A stretch of 61,502 bases of DNA, counting the filler, from Sphacelaria rigidula (lineage: Eukaryota), in assembly GCA_964200075.2 (NCBI GenBank). It is 5 parts of 5 records of this genome, joined end to end, with 100 filler letters (N's around TTAATTAATTAA, not from the genome) between each part and the next. Parts side by side here need not be neighbours in the genome. Positions count along the whole stretch, not along the records: positions 24,643 to 36,862 come from CAXNAA020003992.1; 4 more parts are not named here. One strand, written 5' to 3'. Position 1 is the stretch's first letter. Every line of letters starts with the position of its first letter. Position numbers and translations under genes: made by a program. The notes below the pieces were generated by a model that was not told the origin of the DNA, ran no database searches, and saw nothing but the letters and a program-made list of their open reading frames with translations. Shown here piece after piece: positions 24,643-36,962 of this stretch.

Positions 24643-27600
24643 CAGGGAAAGCACGGCTTTTGAGTTGAACCTCATTTTTTTTTCAACCCCATTTTCGAAA
24701 ATCGGCTGTTATTTGCCATTCACCGCTTACCGTGGTTTTGCGGTATATCCCGAGTGGGATGAATACCGGAGTGAGCCTTGAAACGTACAGTCATTCGGAA
24801 TAGTCCAACTCCTCTCTTAGACTTCATGTATCTCGAGATGAGAATCGTTTTATCGAACTTACACCAGGGTCAACACCTCCGGGTATGCTTGTGTGAAAAC
24901 TTCGAATCATATTTCGCGAAAGCAATGGGGGGAGCGGAAGAAGAATGAAACAATAGGAGTAGCAGTGAAAGTATCTTACAAATTCTACTGTTTTCTACTG
25001 TTTTTGACGAATTGCGATCTGACAAGTCCACGATCACACAAAAACCCGAAGTACAACTAATTTGACACGTACACATTTTCCTTGCGTCTAAAATCAAGAT
25101 ATTCGGATAGCCGGTCATTCGGGAACGACTTTATTACGACGAAATGCCACATCATCTTCATTTGTGAGTCGAAAATCGAGATCGAGTCATAGTGATGACC
25201 CCGATGTATTGAACTGTATATATGTTTTTTCTGGGGGGTGTATCATTTTCCGTCCTTGAAAATATGAAGACGTACGTAGAAAGTCGGAAACAAATATACG
25301 AAGCTCGACGCGGTGCAGGGGTGCTAATCCAATCCGCGGCACCAAAATTGTAGGCACATACCGGGGGAGAGATGAGTTGATCCCTTGAGACCATAGACTC
25401 GCCCCGACGAAGGGTATGGGTTGAGAATGCGCCGGGAATGGAAAAGCATCGAGAGGCGAAATGAATGGGCTGTGGTTTTCCATCGTTTTTCCTGTGTCGG
25501 GACAAGGCGTTGTACTAGGGCCCAGATTTCATCCCGAGCTCTCAAGGTCAAGACCTGGTGGTTTTCAAAGACGCTCATGGTCAGGTACCATACTCGGAGG
25601 TAGCCTGGACACCCGGCGTACTGCAGTGCCGAGTTCTTCAGGGTACACCGGGTATCGACCGTCGAAACTATCGCCAGAGTAGTTCAGGATACACAAGTAG
25701 TCGATCGCCGAAAATAGTTGGTACTACACGGTACGCCGGGCACTGGCTACTGAGAACACCCGCGTATTCCTTGATATCCAGGATATCGACCACAGAAACA
25801 CCCGCGTCCCTCACGCTTATTCGGACAAACACCCCCCACATACCCCCACACGCATCCGTGTCTCGACTTACTCTGGTCACCTTCGATGGGCGTGTATGCG
25901 CAGCTCTGCCGAGTGTTTGGATTTATTTCACTGTGAGTTTGAACGAGCTACGAACTCATGAGTCAACGGGCTTCCTGCGCGTCATGGTGATTGTTGAGAT
26001 GTTGCTTTCGATCGAAATCGATCCCAGTTTCGCTTTAGGACAGCATGTATGCTTGTACTTCATGTTATTCCCAGTCATTGTTGTCGTTAATGTTCCGCAA
26101 CAAGCGAAAATTCAAGATTTTCAACGATTGGTGGCCTCAAGCGGTGATCTACTTCGGTCTGTATATTATTGCATATTTTTGAGCACACGGTTTAGGCAGC
26201 ACCAAACCATACTGTAACGAAACCACAGTCTTCCCCCAGGAGGCGTTTTGATCCCCGATCAACCTTGAGCGAGTAAGGAGCTCATCGGTCACGCCGGGTC
26301 CCCTTCTGGGCAGGCCCACTAGTTCGTTTTTTAGGGCTTTGCTCTGGATTGAGCTGATGTCAGTATTATGTTGTCGATTTGTAGCGTAATGTTGTAATTC
26401 TGATGATGCTATTCTGGCTGTACTTCTTGTTTTGCACTTCCCCAAATTTCGCAGCAGTGGAGGTGGAGCAGGATTTCCCGGTGAAAGGACCGGCAGGCGG
26501 CACACGGATGTCGTGGCCTGGAACCAGGTGCGGCAGCGCAAGAGGGCGAGAAACACAATGATCGCTCAAAACTGTTTGAAACAAATTGCTGTGGAGTAAA
26601 GGTTATCAGTGCCGTAGGGACAAATGTCCTCTGAAAATCCGGATGTCGAGTCGAGTCAAGCAAAGGCATCAGCAAACTAAAGAAACGCTGTGGCAGTTTG
26701 CGAAAATAATCCCGACGATCAGGACGCCGGAGTCGTCGTTAGCCTATCTCTTCACAAGCGTGCATTTGCACGAATCGGAATTACCGGAGCCCACAACGTA
26801 TGCGTTTCGGACAGAAGCTTTTTTTCTTCTTGGGTGTCTGATGATTGTTTGTTGACAATTTGGACACCCGACGTTTTTTTTTCTTATCAGCGTAGCGTTT
26901 GCATTTGTTTTCTACTTGAATGCTTTTGTCGTACTTGCACGCCACTCCCTCCCCTTCTCAATACAAGTCCATGTTCTTGAGGAGTTTGCCAATCTCCTCC
27001 CCGACACTTGGCATCTACTCTCACTTCGAGCATTGCGTCATCACTCTGGCAGTCCGTCAGCGTACATCGAGTTGCGTTGTTGCTTGCCTCCGTTATTCCG
27101 TTTTCGGACGGCGGGAACCAATTTAAGCCCCCACCCTACTGTTGTGCTTAGGAATCACAAATGCCGCCCAAACTGGGCGCTGGCGCACCAGTATGATAAC
27201 GGGGGCGTGGCACAGTGTGCATGTAGTTGATTGCACAGCTTTTTGCATACTATTTTTCTCCTCATCATCAAACAAGTGAGCACCGCATCATAGTAAGCAA
27301 ACGATAGCGGTTTACTGAAACAGTTTCATTTCTTTTGATGGATACGAGGGAAATGTGATGCGGTGAGCAGAAATCATATACTTGTACAGTACATTCGTCT
27401 CACAACATCACATCATGATCAGCTCGTGAACATATGTATTTTTCGTGAGCAAGCTTTGTGGTTCAACTCTACCGTAAGTAGGTACATTACATATGATTTT
27501 CATGTCTGCCCAGTGCCGTATAGCATGACTTTACATTCGTTCCTTGTTCCGTGTACGTACATGGAGGTGTACAAAGTAGTGTAGTCGTATACAGATAGTA

Positions 27601-29059
27601 ATGATGTGGGTTCAGATGAGGAGCGGTATACATTGAAGATCGTGTTGTAGACTAAGGTAGGCCAGGCCCCAGCTGCGGGATCGGGCAGACTTTCAATGGC
27701 CCGAGGCGCCTCTCGGCTAGTAATAGATCGGCGGCATTGCAAGCAAACAGAGCACAAAATATCGAGTCACGTCCAAGACCATGAGCACTCAATCTGCGCA
27801 TGCAGTATTCGAAGACAGCTTCACTGCCTTCAGTACGGTACCACTTGCAGCAAGCATACGCCATGTGTTGTTGTCCTTATTATTTTCATCGTTGTTGTTA
27901 GGACTGTCATTATATTAAGAGTAACTATAGATAATGTATTATTAATTGTAGTGATGGACTTTCGTGAATTAGTTATTTTGTCGTCAGTTCAACCTTTGTC
28001 GGCCTGGATATCTTGTGAAGTGCGCATTGTGAGAAACTCCCCTCTTGACGCAACACATGCAAAACCTAGAATGCCGATAGAAGCATTGAAAGCTGCCGGG
28101 AGTGTCAGGCGCTGAAAAAGCCACGCCGACAAGTAAACGCCTCCATGAAGCTCTTTCATAATGGTGATACTCACAGGTTGTTTGGGAAACCCGTCTTATA
28201 CTGCTAAATAGTGTAGCTTTTGGGAGAGTAATTTTCAGACTAATTCGGCCGTTTCGAATAGCGGTTTCTTCTCCACACAACGCCAGGAAAACTCATCACG
28301 CTGAGGGAGCAAAACGAGGTTTCCGGAGCGGTTTAGTCAGCTCGATATTTACATTAGTAAACATTCGCTGACAGGGAAAAGGGTTTCCGAAACTGTAGTA
28401 ATGCAAGAGGTTCGGCGGCTATCGCCGCCACGCTCATTGGATCGACAGCCAAGATACATGGGCACCGGTGATACTCATGTGCGCTGCGTCATGGTACATG
28501 GCACAGTTTGGCAAAGCCGTAGTAGTAGCAGCTAGCCCATGAGCTGAGCACGTTGTTCGAGGCCTTGCGCGAACCTTTTCTGAATTCCATGGGAAACGGT
28601 GGTTTTTGTGTGAGACGCGTGTCCACCACAAAGAAAACGGGTCAGCACACGTTGAGCCTATGCTGATTCAAATCCGGAAGAGGAGTGCCGCTGAAGGGTT
28701 TGTTGTTGCCTCACTCCGATGAGCCCGGGGGGGGGTATTTCTCTTCCGTTTTCTGGACCGTCTCTCTCCTTGAGTAGGAGGTATTTTGTTCGTTTTGTCT
28801 TGTTTCTTGTCTCGAGTCTCAGAAAAATGATGAGACCTTGCCTGAGGAATTGACTGGCCCCACACGCCAAAACATACAGCTCAAGCCGTAGCTGCTCATC
28901 AGCTGAGACTGCTCGGGATATATCAGTTTATGCTGGCCTTTTCGCCGTCTCCTTCCTCGGATCGGCATCATCACCCCAGACGGCGAGGGTAGCCAGTTGG
29001 GTCATGCATATTTTCCCCACTGAAGTTGATGCCGATTCCACTTCGGAAAAAAGCCAGAG

Positions 29060-29930
29060 GTACCGTTATTTTCAGTGCCTCATGGAAAATAGATCGCATG
29101 TACTGTGGAGTAGCAGCAGCAGCAGCAGCAGCTACAGCAGCAGTCCAGAGACATAACAAAATGCAGTCAAGTCGAGATAATGCGATATACATGCGAGATC
29201 ACAACATGCTTGAGGCGTGCCAACCCCGCCCAAAGCTTTCAGTGGAGAAGGACGGCACGCTGCTGTTTCATACCTCTTCTGGTTATCAACCGATCATGGT
29301 GCCGACACGAATTTTGAGCGGAAATGATGCAGATTCCAAAAATGAAAACGTTTGACTCGTTTCTAGCAAGAAGAGGAACATCGGTGTCCCGATGATAGAG
29401 GCTCCTGCAAAGGCTTGACACATGACGAACAACCCAAACGATCAGAGGTGAACGCGGGGATCTCATCGCTCCCGCCAACCAAAAACACACAGGTTGTCGA
29501 AATTTTGTTACCCACGACAGAGTCGCTCTCCAATGTTGGGCATGGTGTGAAATGGAACCCCAGACCTTGTGACTGCACTGAGATTCGAACCCACAACCCA
29601 GCCGTCAGAGAGTTTCGACGTTACAAACTTAGCCGCCGGGGCGACCGGCTGCCGACTCAAATTCGAAATAGAAGCCGATGTTTTTAGCGCCTCATGATAA
29701 AATAATCGCATGTACGGTAGAGCAGCAGCAGCAACAGCTCCAACAGCAGTCCAGAGACAGCAAAGATGAGTAAAGTCGAGACGACGCGACATGCAGACAG
29801 GATCACAACATGCTGCAGGCGTGCCTCGAGATTGAACGGAGAGCGATGGCACACTGCGGTTCCGGACAGTTCCGATTCAACTGAGCATGATGCCGCTTCA
29901 ATTTTCAAGTGAGAACGATACCGATTCCAC
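29060..29930 (+). repeat. Two diverged ~280-bp direct units with (GCA)n tracts flanking a SINE
   Basis: GCCTCATG..ATCGCATGTAC..(GCA)n..GTCCAGAGACA..GATCACAACATGCT..GGCGTGCC at ~29075-29222 and ~29688-29826. Confidence 0.75.
29340..29649 (-). mobile_element. tRNA-derived SINE
   Basis: Minus-strand head GCCGGTCGCCCCGGCGGCTAAGTTTG (A-box-like), then GGGTTCGAATCTC (B box), a ~230-bp body and a T-rich end. Confidence 0.65.
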
Positions 29931-32900
29931 GGATGAATGTGGCCTGTGTACGGTCGAGAGGTGGCATCTTCGACGGTCAAATGGTCCACTGTCCAGCGAG
30001 GAAATGCATCAAACGAAAGGAATTGAAACGTCAATTTGCCATGAAGAACACAGCGCGGAAAGCGTATGTCCTCAGAACCCGAGCAGAAGCGGGACACACC
30101 CTAATGCCCAGCGAAATGCAAGCGACGAGGCTGAATATTATAATCAGCGAAAAAGTGTACTCTGAAAAATCAAGTGAAGGAAAAATGCTGGATTTTCAGA
30201 TCTTCAGAGAACGGAATGGTCCCGAAAGATATGTACTCTTAAATCAAGTGAAGAAATACAGCAAAAGTGCACCTGTCTGCAGGGACACCATTTGACCAAA
30301 ATCTTGATTGCTACATATGACAATAATGGCAATAGCAGCAGATATTGCGTTTATCTTCGAATTCTTGTTGTCGCTGTTCACGTTTCAGTTAACATCTCCA
30401 TTACCATGTCATGCTGTTAGTATTTTCACCATTTACCAATCATCATTACTTTTGTTTTCCCTTTGTGTCCACTGTTACTTATCACGATATCTACTGCCAT
30501 GTTCTGTACTGTCGATGTTGGGCAGCGACCAGAATGAAGTGTCACTAGTCGTTCTGAGGTATAGTGGCCCGCGGCCTAGTCGTGGCAATACGAAACACGG
30601 ACTTGATCCAATTTCCGTCGACCTCGCCGAGAACAAACGGTTTTGTATCCTTTCTGCACACACACGGGAAGAAAAAACGAAAGAGAGCGAGCGAGCTGGT
30701 TCGTGCTGCACTAACAGAGTTGCGGCTAATCCATCAAGCCGCGCAGCCCTGTACCCCAAGTTGCCTCAAAGCTGCAACGTGTATTTTTTGCGGTATATTT
30801 TTGTCCTTGCGGGGGCGTCATTTGTTCTAGCCGTATTTGTACCGACTATGGCGCCTTCTTCACCTTGTCTCTGCCATTGCAATACCCTTCGGTGCGGCCA
30901 CTATCGATATGGCCGAGCCGTTCTTTATGGGGCAATGGCCATCATACTGATGATGATACATTCCCCCACAAAGATCGACCACTTCCAACCGGATTGAGCA
31001 TGAAAAACAGTAGCTGACTATTGTGCCCGGCAGCGGTGGAAGACATCAAGTGTTACGTTATTCTTCTGACCACTTCCTTACGATTATCAAAAGTTGTGGT
31101 GGGTCATCATCGTTGTTTATTCATCTCTCACCTCTTACGCCGTGGGGCCGCGGTGGTCAAACAAGTTCATCGAACGACCCGTTTCTGGGGACGTGGTTGG
31201 TTCGGACTGGTGGTTTGACGTCAAGCAGACAGACAGGATCACGCTGTGTGGTTTATCAGTACTCTGATTTCCGTCGTCCAAAGCGTGGAGACGCGACTGG
31301 GCAATCAAGTGTCTGCGGGCTGCGGGAGTGCTGGTTTAGCTGATTGGTTGATTGATCATCGCACGTTCACTGGTCCGCTACGAACACAGCCGTGAACACA
31401 CATGAGGTGGGAGTCCTCAAGGGGCAATAACGAGCATACTTGCTACGGTGCAAATATTCGAGAATGGGTAAAGATAAAGAGGCAGGAAGGCAACAAGGAA
31501 CGGGGTGAACTCTTTCAGAAAACGAAAAGAAGAAGAGAAGAGAAGAAGAGCGAGGGAAGGAGAGGAATGAATAGCTCCCCGAAATGTCATATTGTTGAGC
31601 GTATTCTATCACGCAGGTGCCGGAGGAGAGGTTGGTTCCTGACGACTATGCACTCATCTCGAGGAGTGGGGATACTCATGATCTTGCATGCTATAGTCAT
31701 AAGATTCGAGGAGTGGGGGGGGCGGGGGGGGGGGAGAAGATATCACGAATTTAAGTATATTCATGTTTTATGTTGCCCCGTTATCCCAGACCCGTGATGA
31801 TGAGTCATAGGTCAGGAGGGGCGAAGGTAAGTGTTTTTTCATTTCCAGTGGGCATACTCTTGGCCATCCCCCTTCCACAGGACGACGGCATTATCTCAAG
31901 GGATCACAGCATCCATACCCCAGAACGTTTGCTGGCAATTTATTCTTGAGCAATGTCAAATCAGCACTCTCGTGGCCTGTCAACTTCCCTCTCAATTGGT
32001 TCTTGTTTTCTCGCACCCTCATGCCCCCCGACGGCGGGCTGATGGAGAGATCTTTCTGCCGTTATTGGAATCCATGAAATCTGCCCAGGTGAGTCGTTCA
32101 TGGACCAGTTTGACTACCGAACTGTGTAGGCGCGATAACTCAAAAGGTGGGATGCCGTTTGTGCGCCTTACCGTTCCAATTTCATGCAGCGCGAAGTGCG
32201 TTCTCCAGCCAGTACCGACTACTCTCCTTCAAGCCTCGGATATATACTTTTCAGGAAGGGGTTGTGACGAAAATCTCGTTACTCCCCGCCGCTTGGTGGC
32301 GCTTCGTTGACATGCCGAACTGCTCCAACTTTCGACAAATACCGAGATAGTTTCATTCGATCATTCCGTCCTATGAACAATTTCAGTCAAGATCTAAGTG
32401 TTTAGTAGACTGTGCGTAGCGGGGCTACGCGGAGGTCTCGGCGCAGAGAAAGCGGAGCATTGTCTCCGGAAACGCTCACCAATGGGCCATTGACGTCCTC
32501 GCAAGCGTGCAACTACACCTACAAACACGCGCATTTCCAGGGCTGAATGAGAGTACGCATTGGCCATATGCGTGTCCCTCATTTTCTTTTTATTTTCATG
32601 TTGGAGACACAACACTAGCGCATCATCTCCGTAGGTCTGATAGCAGCACACAATGCGGCAGAGACGTTAGATAAGGTGCCTCGCACTGCAATCCGCATCT
32701 CACGTAGCGGGAGCTCTGCATATTCTCCGATTATTGTTGGGTCGCTACTCCCGGCGCACATGTCACTAGCTGTCGATGTGCTATCCACGAACGTTGGCTG
32801 GTAGACAAACAGGGGAGAGTCAGTTGGGTTCAGCGTCAGGATTATGTCCTGGCAACACCCCAGTCCCCGCTCTCGTGACTTTCATTCAGCCTGTACGCTT

Positions 32901-33639
32901 ATTGCTGCTCTTTGGCTAGTTTGTCCCAATCGACTACAGTCCAACATATGGAAACATATGAAGGCACAAACAGAAAGCAAAGGGGAGGAACAAAGAAAAA
33001 CAGAACAACACCGAACCTTGTGATGATGTATATTTCTACACACTGAAGCGATCCACCAGGCCGACAAAAGAAACGACACGCTCGCCTCGACTGTTCCATG
33101 CTGCATTGCTCTCAACATCTCAGGTGTCGGTTCCTGCAGAGAAGGGATTCCTGCGGAGTGTCGCCATTGGTTTATCTCCACTTCTCGTGGGTCTACCACC
33201 CCTTCACTTGAAGGTAGGGCTCGCAAAACGCGGTAGTGTTCCTCGTTCGACGATATGAGGCGGGGGAGGGGGGAAGAGGTGTGCTCACGATCACAGGTTT
33301 GAGAGAACGGGTCGATACAACGCATGTATGAACGTGAATTCGTGATATGTTCACCCCCATGTACCCCTCGTCGTGATGAGCTCGTCGTCATCTGGGACCC
33401 ATCTCTCTGCTAGTACCTGCGTGATGGTATATGCTGAAGGACGGCTGGATGTTTTTGTATTTTAGGGACGTTCCTTTTTTTTTTTTTTTTTTTTTCTTTC
33501 CTCCCCCATTTTATTCGTATTTTGGCAGTACACTTTCCTCCGCTGCTTGTTGCCTTGTTGCCTTTTCATACTTACCCTTCCTAGACTTTTTTTGTACTGT
33601 AGCAAGCATTTTCACTTTGTGGCCTTGAGAACTTCCATC

Positions 33640-35010
33640 TTGTGATCGCGGCTGTGTTCGTAGCGGACCCGCGAAGGTGCGATCATGAATCAACCGATCA
33701 GCTGAGCCAGCACTGCCGCAGCCCGTCGACCTTCATCGGCGTTTGATTGTCTAGTCGTGTCTCCACACCTTCGACGACGGAAAACAGAGTAGTGATGGAG
33801 CACACAGTACATCATGACTCTGTCTGTTTGTCGTCGAAACGGGCCGTTTGATGTACTAGTTTGACCACCGCGGCCAGAGGGTAAAAGAGGTGAGTAATTA
33901 ATGAACAGCGATGGTGAGCCACCACAACTTTTGATAATCATAAGGCAGTGGTCAGAATGAGGTAACCCTTGACGTATTTCACCACTGCAGGGTACAACAG
34001 TTAGTTATCGTTTTTCATGGCGAACCCGGTTGGAAGTGGTCTATCATCTGGGGGGGATGCATCATCATCAGTACGATGGCGAGCACTGCCCCATGCTGAA
34101 CGGATCGGCCATATCAGTAGTTGCTGCACGAAAAGGTATAGCAATAGCAGTGACAAGGTGGAAAAGGCGCCAGAATCAGTAAAATGCAAAATGTCCAGAA
34201 TTGAGTATGCTCCCGCAAAGAAAACAACAAACGAAACAAATGCACGGTGCTGTGTGGGGGCAGTTTGGGGTACAGGGCCGCGCTGGTTGATGGGTTGCCC
34301 GCAACTCAGCACGCACCACCTGGCTTGCTCTCTTCCGTTATTTCTCGCCGTGCATGAGCAAAAAAGACGCGAAACTATCTGTTCTCGCCAATAGTAATGG
34401 AAATTGGATCAAGTCTGACTTTCGATTTGCCGCGGACCACTGTACCTTAGAGCGACTAGTTGTGTTGTATGCTGATGGCTGCCTAGTACCGATAGAACAG
34501 GGCATCGTAGTAGATATAGTGAAAAGTGACTGTGTAGAAGATAAAAAGAAAACAAAAGTAATAAAAAAAACTGACGAATTGCGAACATAACAGAAATGAA
34601 GCACGTCAACAGAGATGTCAGCTGGGACGATTATGACCACACTAATACAGATTGGGAGGTACTTTCTTTCGTCAGCGTAAGTATTGTCGATGTGAAGATC
34701 CAGCTGACTGTACCGCTTCGGAAACGACTTTCTGTCTCGTCAGCGTACTTGCTTTTGCTTTCCTGGCTTTGTCTGAAGAAATGCGCATTCTGAAGTTGCC
34801 CAGTTGGTCTAAAACTTACGTCAACAAGCTAGGTTAGCAGCAGAAACAGGGTTTACGAAAGTGCCTATTCGCAGTGCTCTTTCTCTAGAGTTTCGTGATG
34901 ATGTCCTGCTCGGCGACATTTTTGCCAGCGTTTGTATCACATGACTTCGACACTTTCGGAAGCTTCAATCCTTCTGTCGGCATTCTAGGTTTCGTATGTG
35001 TTGCGTGGGC
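33640..35010 (-). repeat. Contiguous copy of the ~1.4-kb repeat
   Basis: Inverted homology to 28050-28400 plus 30450-31395. Confidence 0.75.
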
Positions 35011-35588
35011 GCGCGGGGGGGGTGCTCATGATCTTGCTCGCATTAGTCATATGACCATTGACCTCGAATCCCTACAAAGCCGGGACGGAGCACGCCAGGT
35101 TTTCACCGGACCAGGCTTGCAATTATTCACCAAGCGTGAAGCGCCGTGGTGTTTTCGGCGAGTGCTCCACCTATTATTTGTTTCCTCAACGAGCAATGAC
35201 TCGAGTGCTCGCTCTATTAACTTTTACGGCCAACGAGCAGCCCAACGAGTGCGAGTGCCACGAGTCACACTCGTGCTCGTCCGACGTATGCAATATTATC
35301 AACAATAACAAAAGAGAGTGTCACAAACGAGTTTTTTTTTGTCAGCTCAGCTTTTGTCGACGTCAATATCTCGTGAATTGAACACTTTCGAATATATTCA
35401 ATCGCCCCGAAGCCCCGACCCAGCATTCTATTTGAAGGGGCTGGCGTCGATTGGCGATGACGCTGTAAAAGCACGCTACTCAACGCGTAAGCTAGTCAGC
35501 CGTGTTACCGTTGTTTCGTCGCTTGAGTTTGTGTTGCGGTAACCATGATGGTGGCCGAGCTAGATCATGTTGTGAACAGTGGAAAATC

Positions 35589-36830
35589 TCAACTCCGCGT
35601 GACACGTAGTGTTCGAATGGCAATACACCCATGAGGCAGTGTATAAGCCGTGGCTGTCTCTGGAAGTGGCAATACCATAAAATGAAGCAGCTCATTGAAA
35701 GTTGTCATTTGCAAGTAAATCGGAGCGCTTCGGGCCGAACAAACCTCGCTCACCAAACCCGATCGATCTAGCAAGGATGTATGTTGGCCCGCACCGGAGC
35801 CCACAGCGCCGCGCGGCATGATAGCTTCAACGTCGATGGTTGAAAGCGTTCCGAACATCAGCGCCACCTTCGGCGAGACAGAGATCAATGAGGGTAGTAC
35901 CTTCTGCAATTCGCCTGGGGTGAAGGACTGTGCATGCGGTTTGCCGTCAGGAGCCACCACTTGCGCGAGGATGAATCTTGCCATAGCTGCACGCGATCCC
36001 GCACTTCATACTTCCGTCCTTGTTCCATTTCAGCCCAGGTTGCTGCTTGGTTTGCCGCTTGATTCGGAACACCCCAACGTTGCAAATACGCCCAACCGGC
36101 CCCGCCCCCACCCACGGGTCCAGCTCCGGCGATGTTTGATGCCTGCGGGTTGACGTTGTCCTACCCGCCGGCAGGAATGGGGAGTGCGGCCGGTACACCG
36201 AAGTTGAAGTGGCGAGATCCACCGACACCCTAGCCAGCACTTGCAAATTCCCTGTGATGCCCAACTGGCGCACCTCACGACTCGGAGCGTATAGCCGACA
36301 TGCCTGACCACACCACCGCCGGACGGCTTCGCCACGACAATGTCACATCGTCAGATTCATTACCGAGTGGCCGAGCCGCATCTGCGACAGTACCCCTCCC
36401 CGGCGCCGCGTGGGGCACATTGCCGTCATCGGAGCGGCTGATAGAGCCAGCACCTGGTGTGATAAGGCCAGCCCTCGATGTGCTAGGTTGGATCCCTGGT
36501 GACGCCAGATGCTTCAACACTGCCCTCATTCGGCGAACCCCGTCGTTGTTGTTCGTGAGCTGCAACACCGAACTTGCCCCACCCGCCTTGGCGTCGTCCA
36601 ATTTAGTTGCGACGCGATCCAAGCGGTTGCTCACGTGGTCCAAGCTGTCACTCAGATCCCCAACTTAATTGTCCGGCGTGTCAATCTGTTGGACCGTGGC
36701 TCGCGGAAGACCCATCGCTATCCCTTCCTCCGGTGGACTCGGCGTGATCCACCCCGATTACGACGGACCACCAACGCCTGTCGAATCGCCTGTAGTATCG
36801 GAATCGTCAGACGAAGACTCCTACCGGAGG
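35589..36830 (-). pseudogene. Decayed ORF of an unidentified repeat or TE, with a coiled-coil segment
   Basis: ORFs 36275-36643 and 35589-35984, with in-frame stops upstream. The LPETATAYTL..GC segment is also encoded (LPETVTAYTL..GC) at ~250-300. Confidence 0.4.
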
Positions 36831-36862
36831 GGGGGGGAGCAGTTCTCTCCCACTAGCCTCAC

Positions 36863-36962
36863 NNNNNNNNNNNNNNNNNNNNNNNNNNNNNNNNNNNNNN
36901 NNNNNNTTAATTAATTAANNNNNNNNNNNNNNNNNNNNNNNNNNNNNNNNNNNNNNNNNNNN
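36863..36962. other. Artificial contig linker
   Basis: N44-TTAATTAATTAA-N44. Confidence 0.98.

Larger units (their letters stand above)
28050..31395 (+). repeat. Interrupted copy of a ~1.4-kb repeat, inverted relative to 33640-35010
   Basis: 28050-28400 matches the reverse complement of ~34650-35010, and ~30450-31395 matches that of 33640-34540. About 2 kb of other sequence lies between the two parts. Confidence 0.75.

Noticed and set aside
24418..26556. ORF 26149-26556 as an upstream exon of the large minus-strand gene
   Set aside because: It lies on a different contig.
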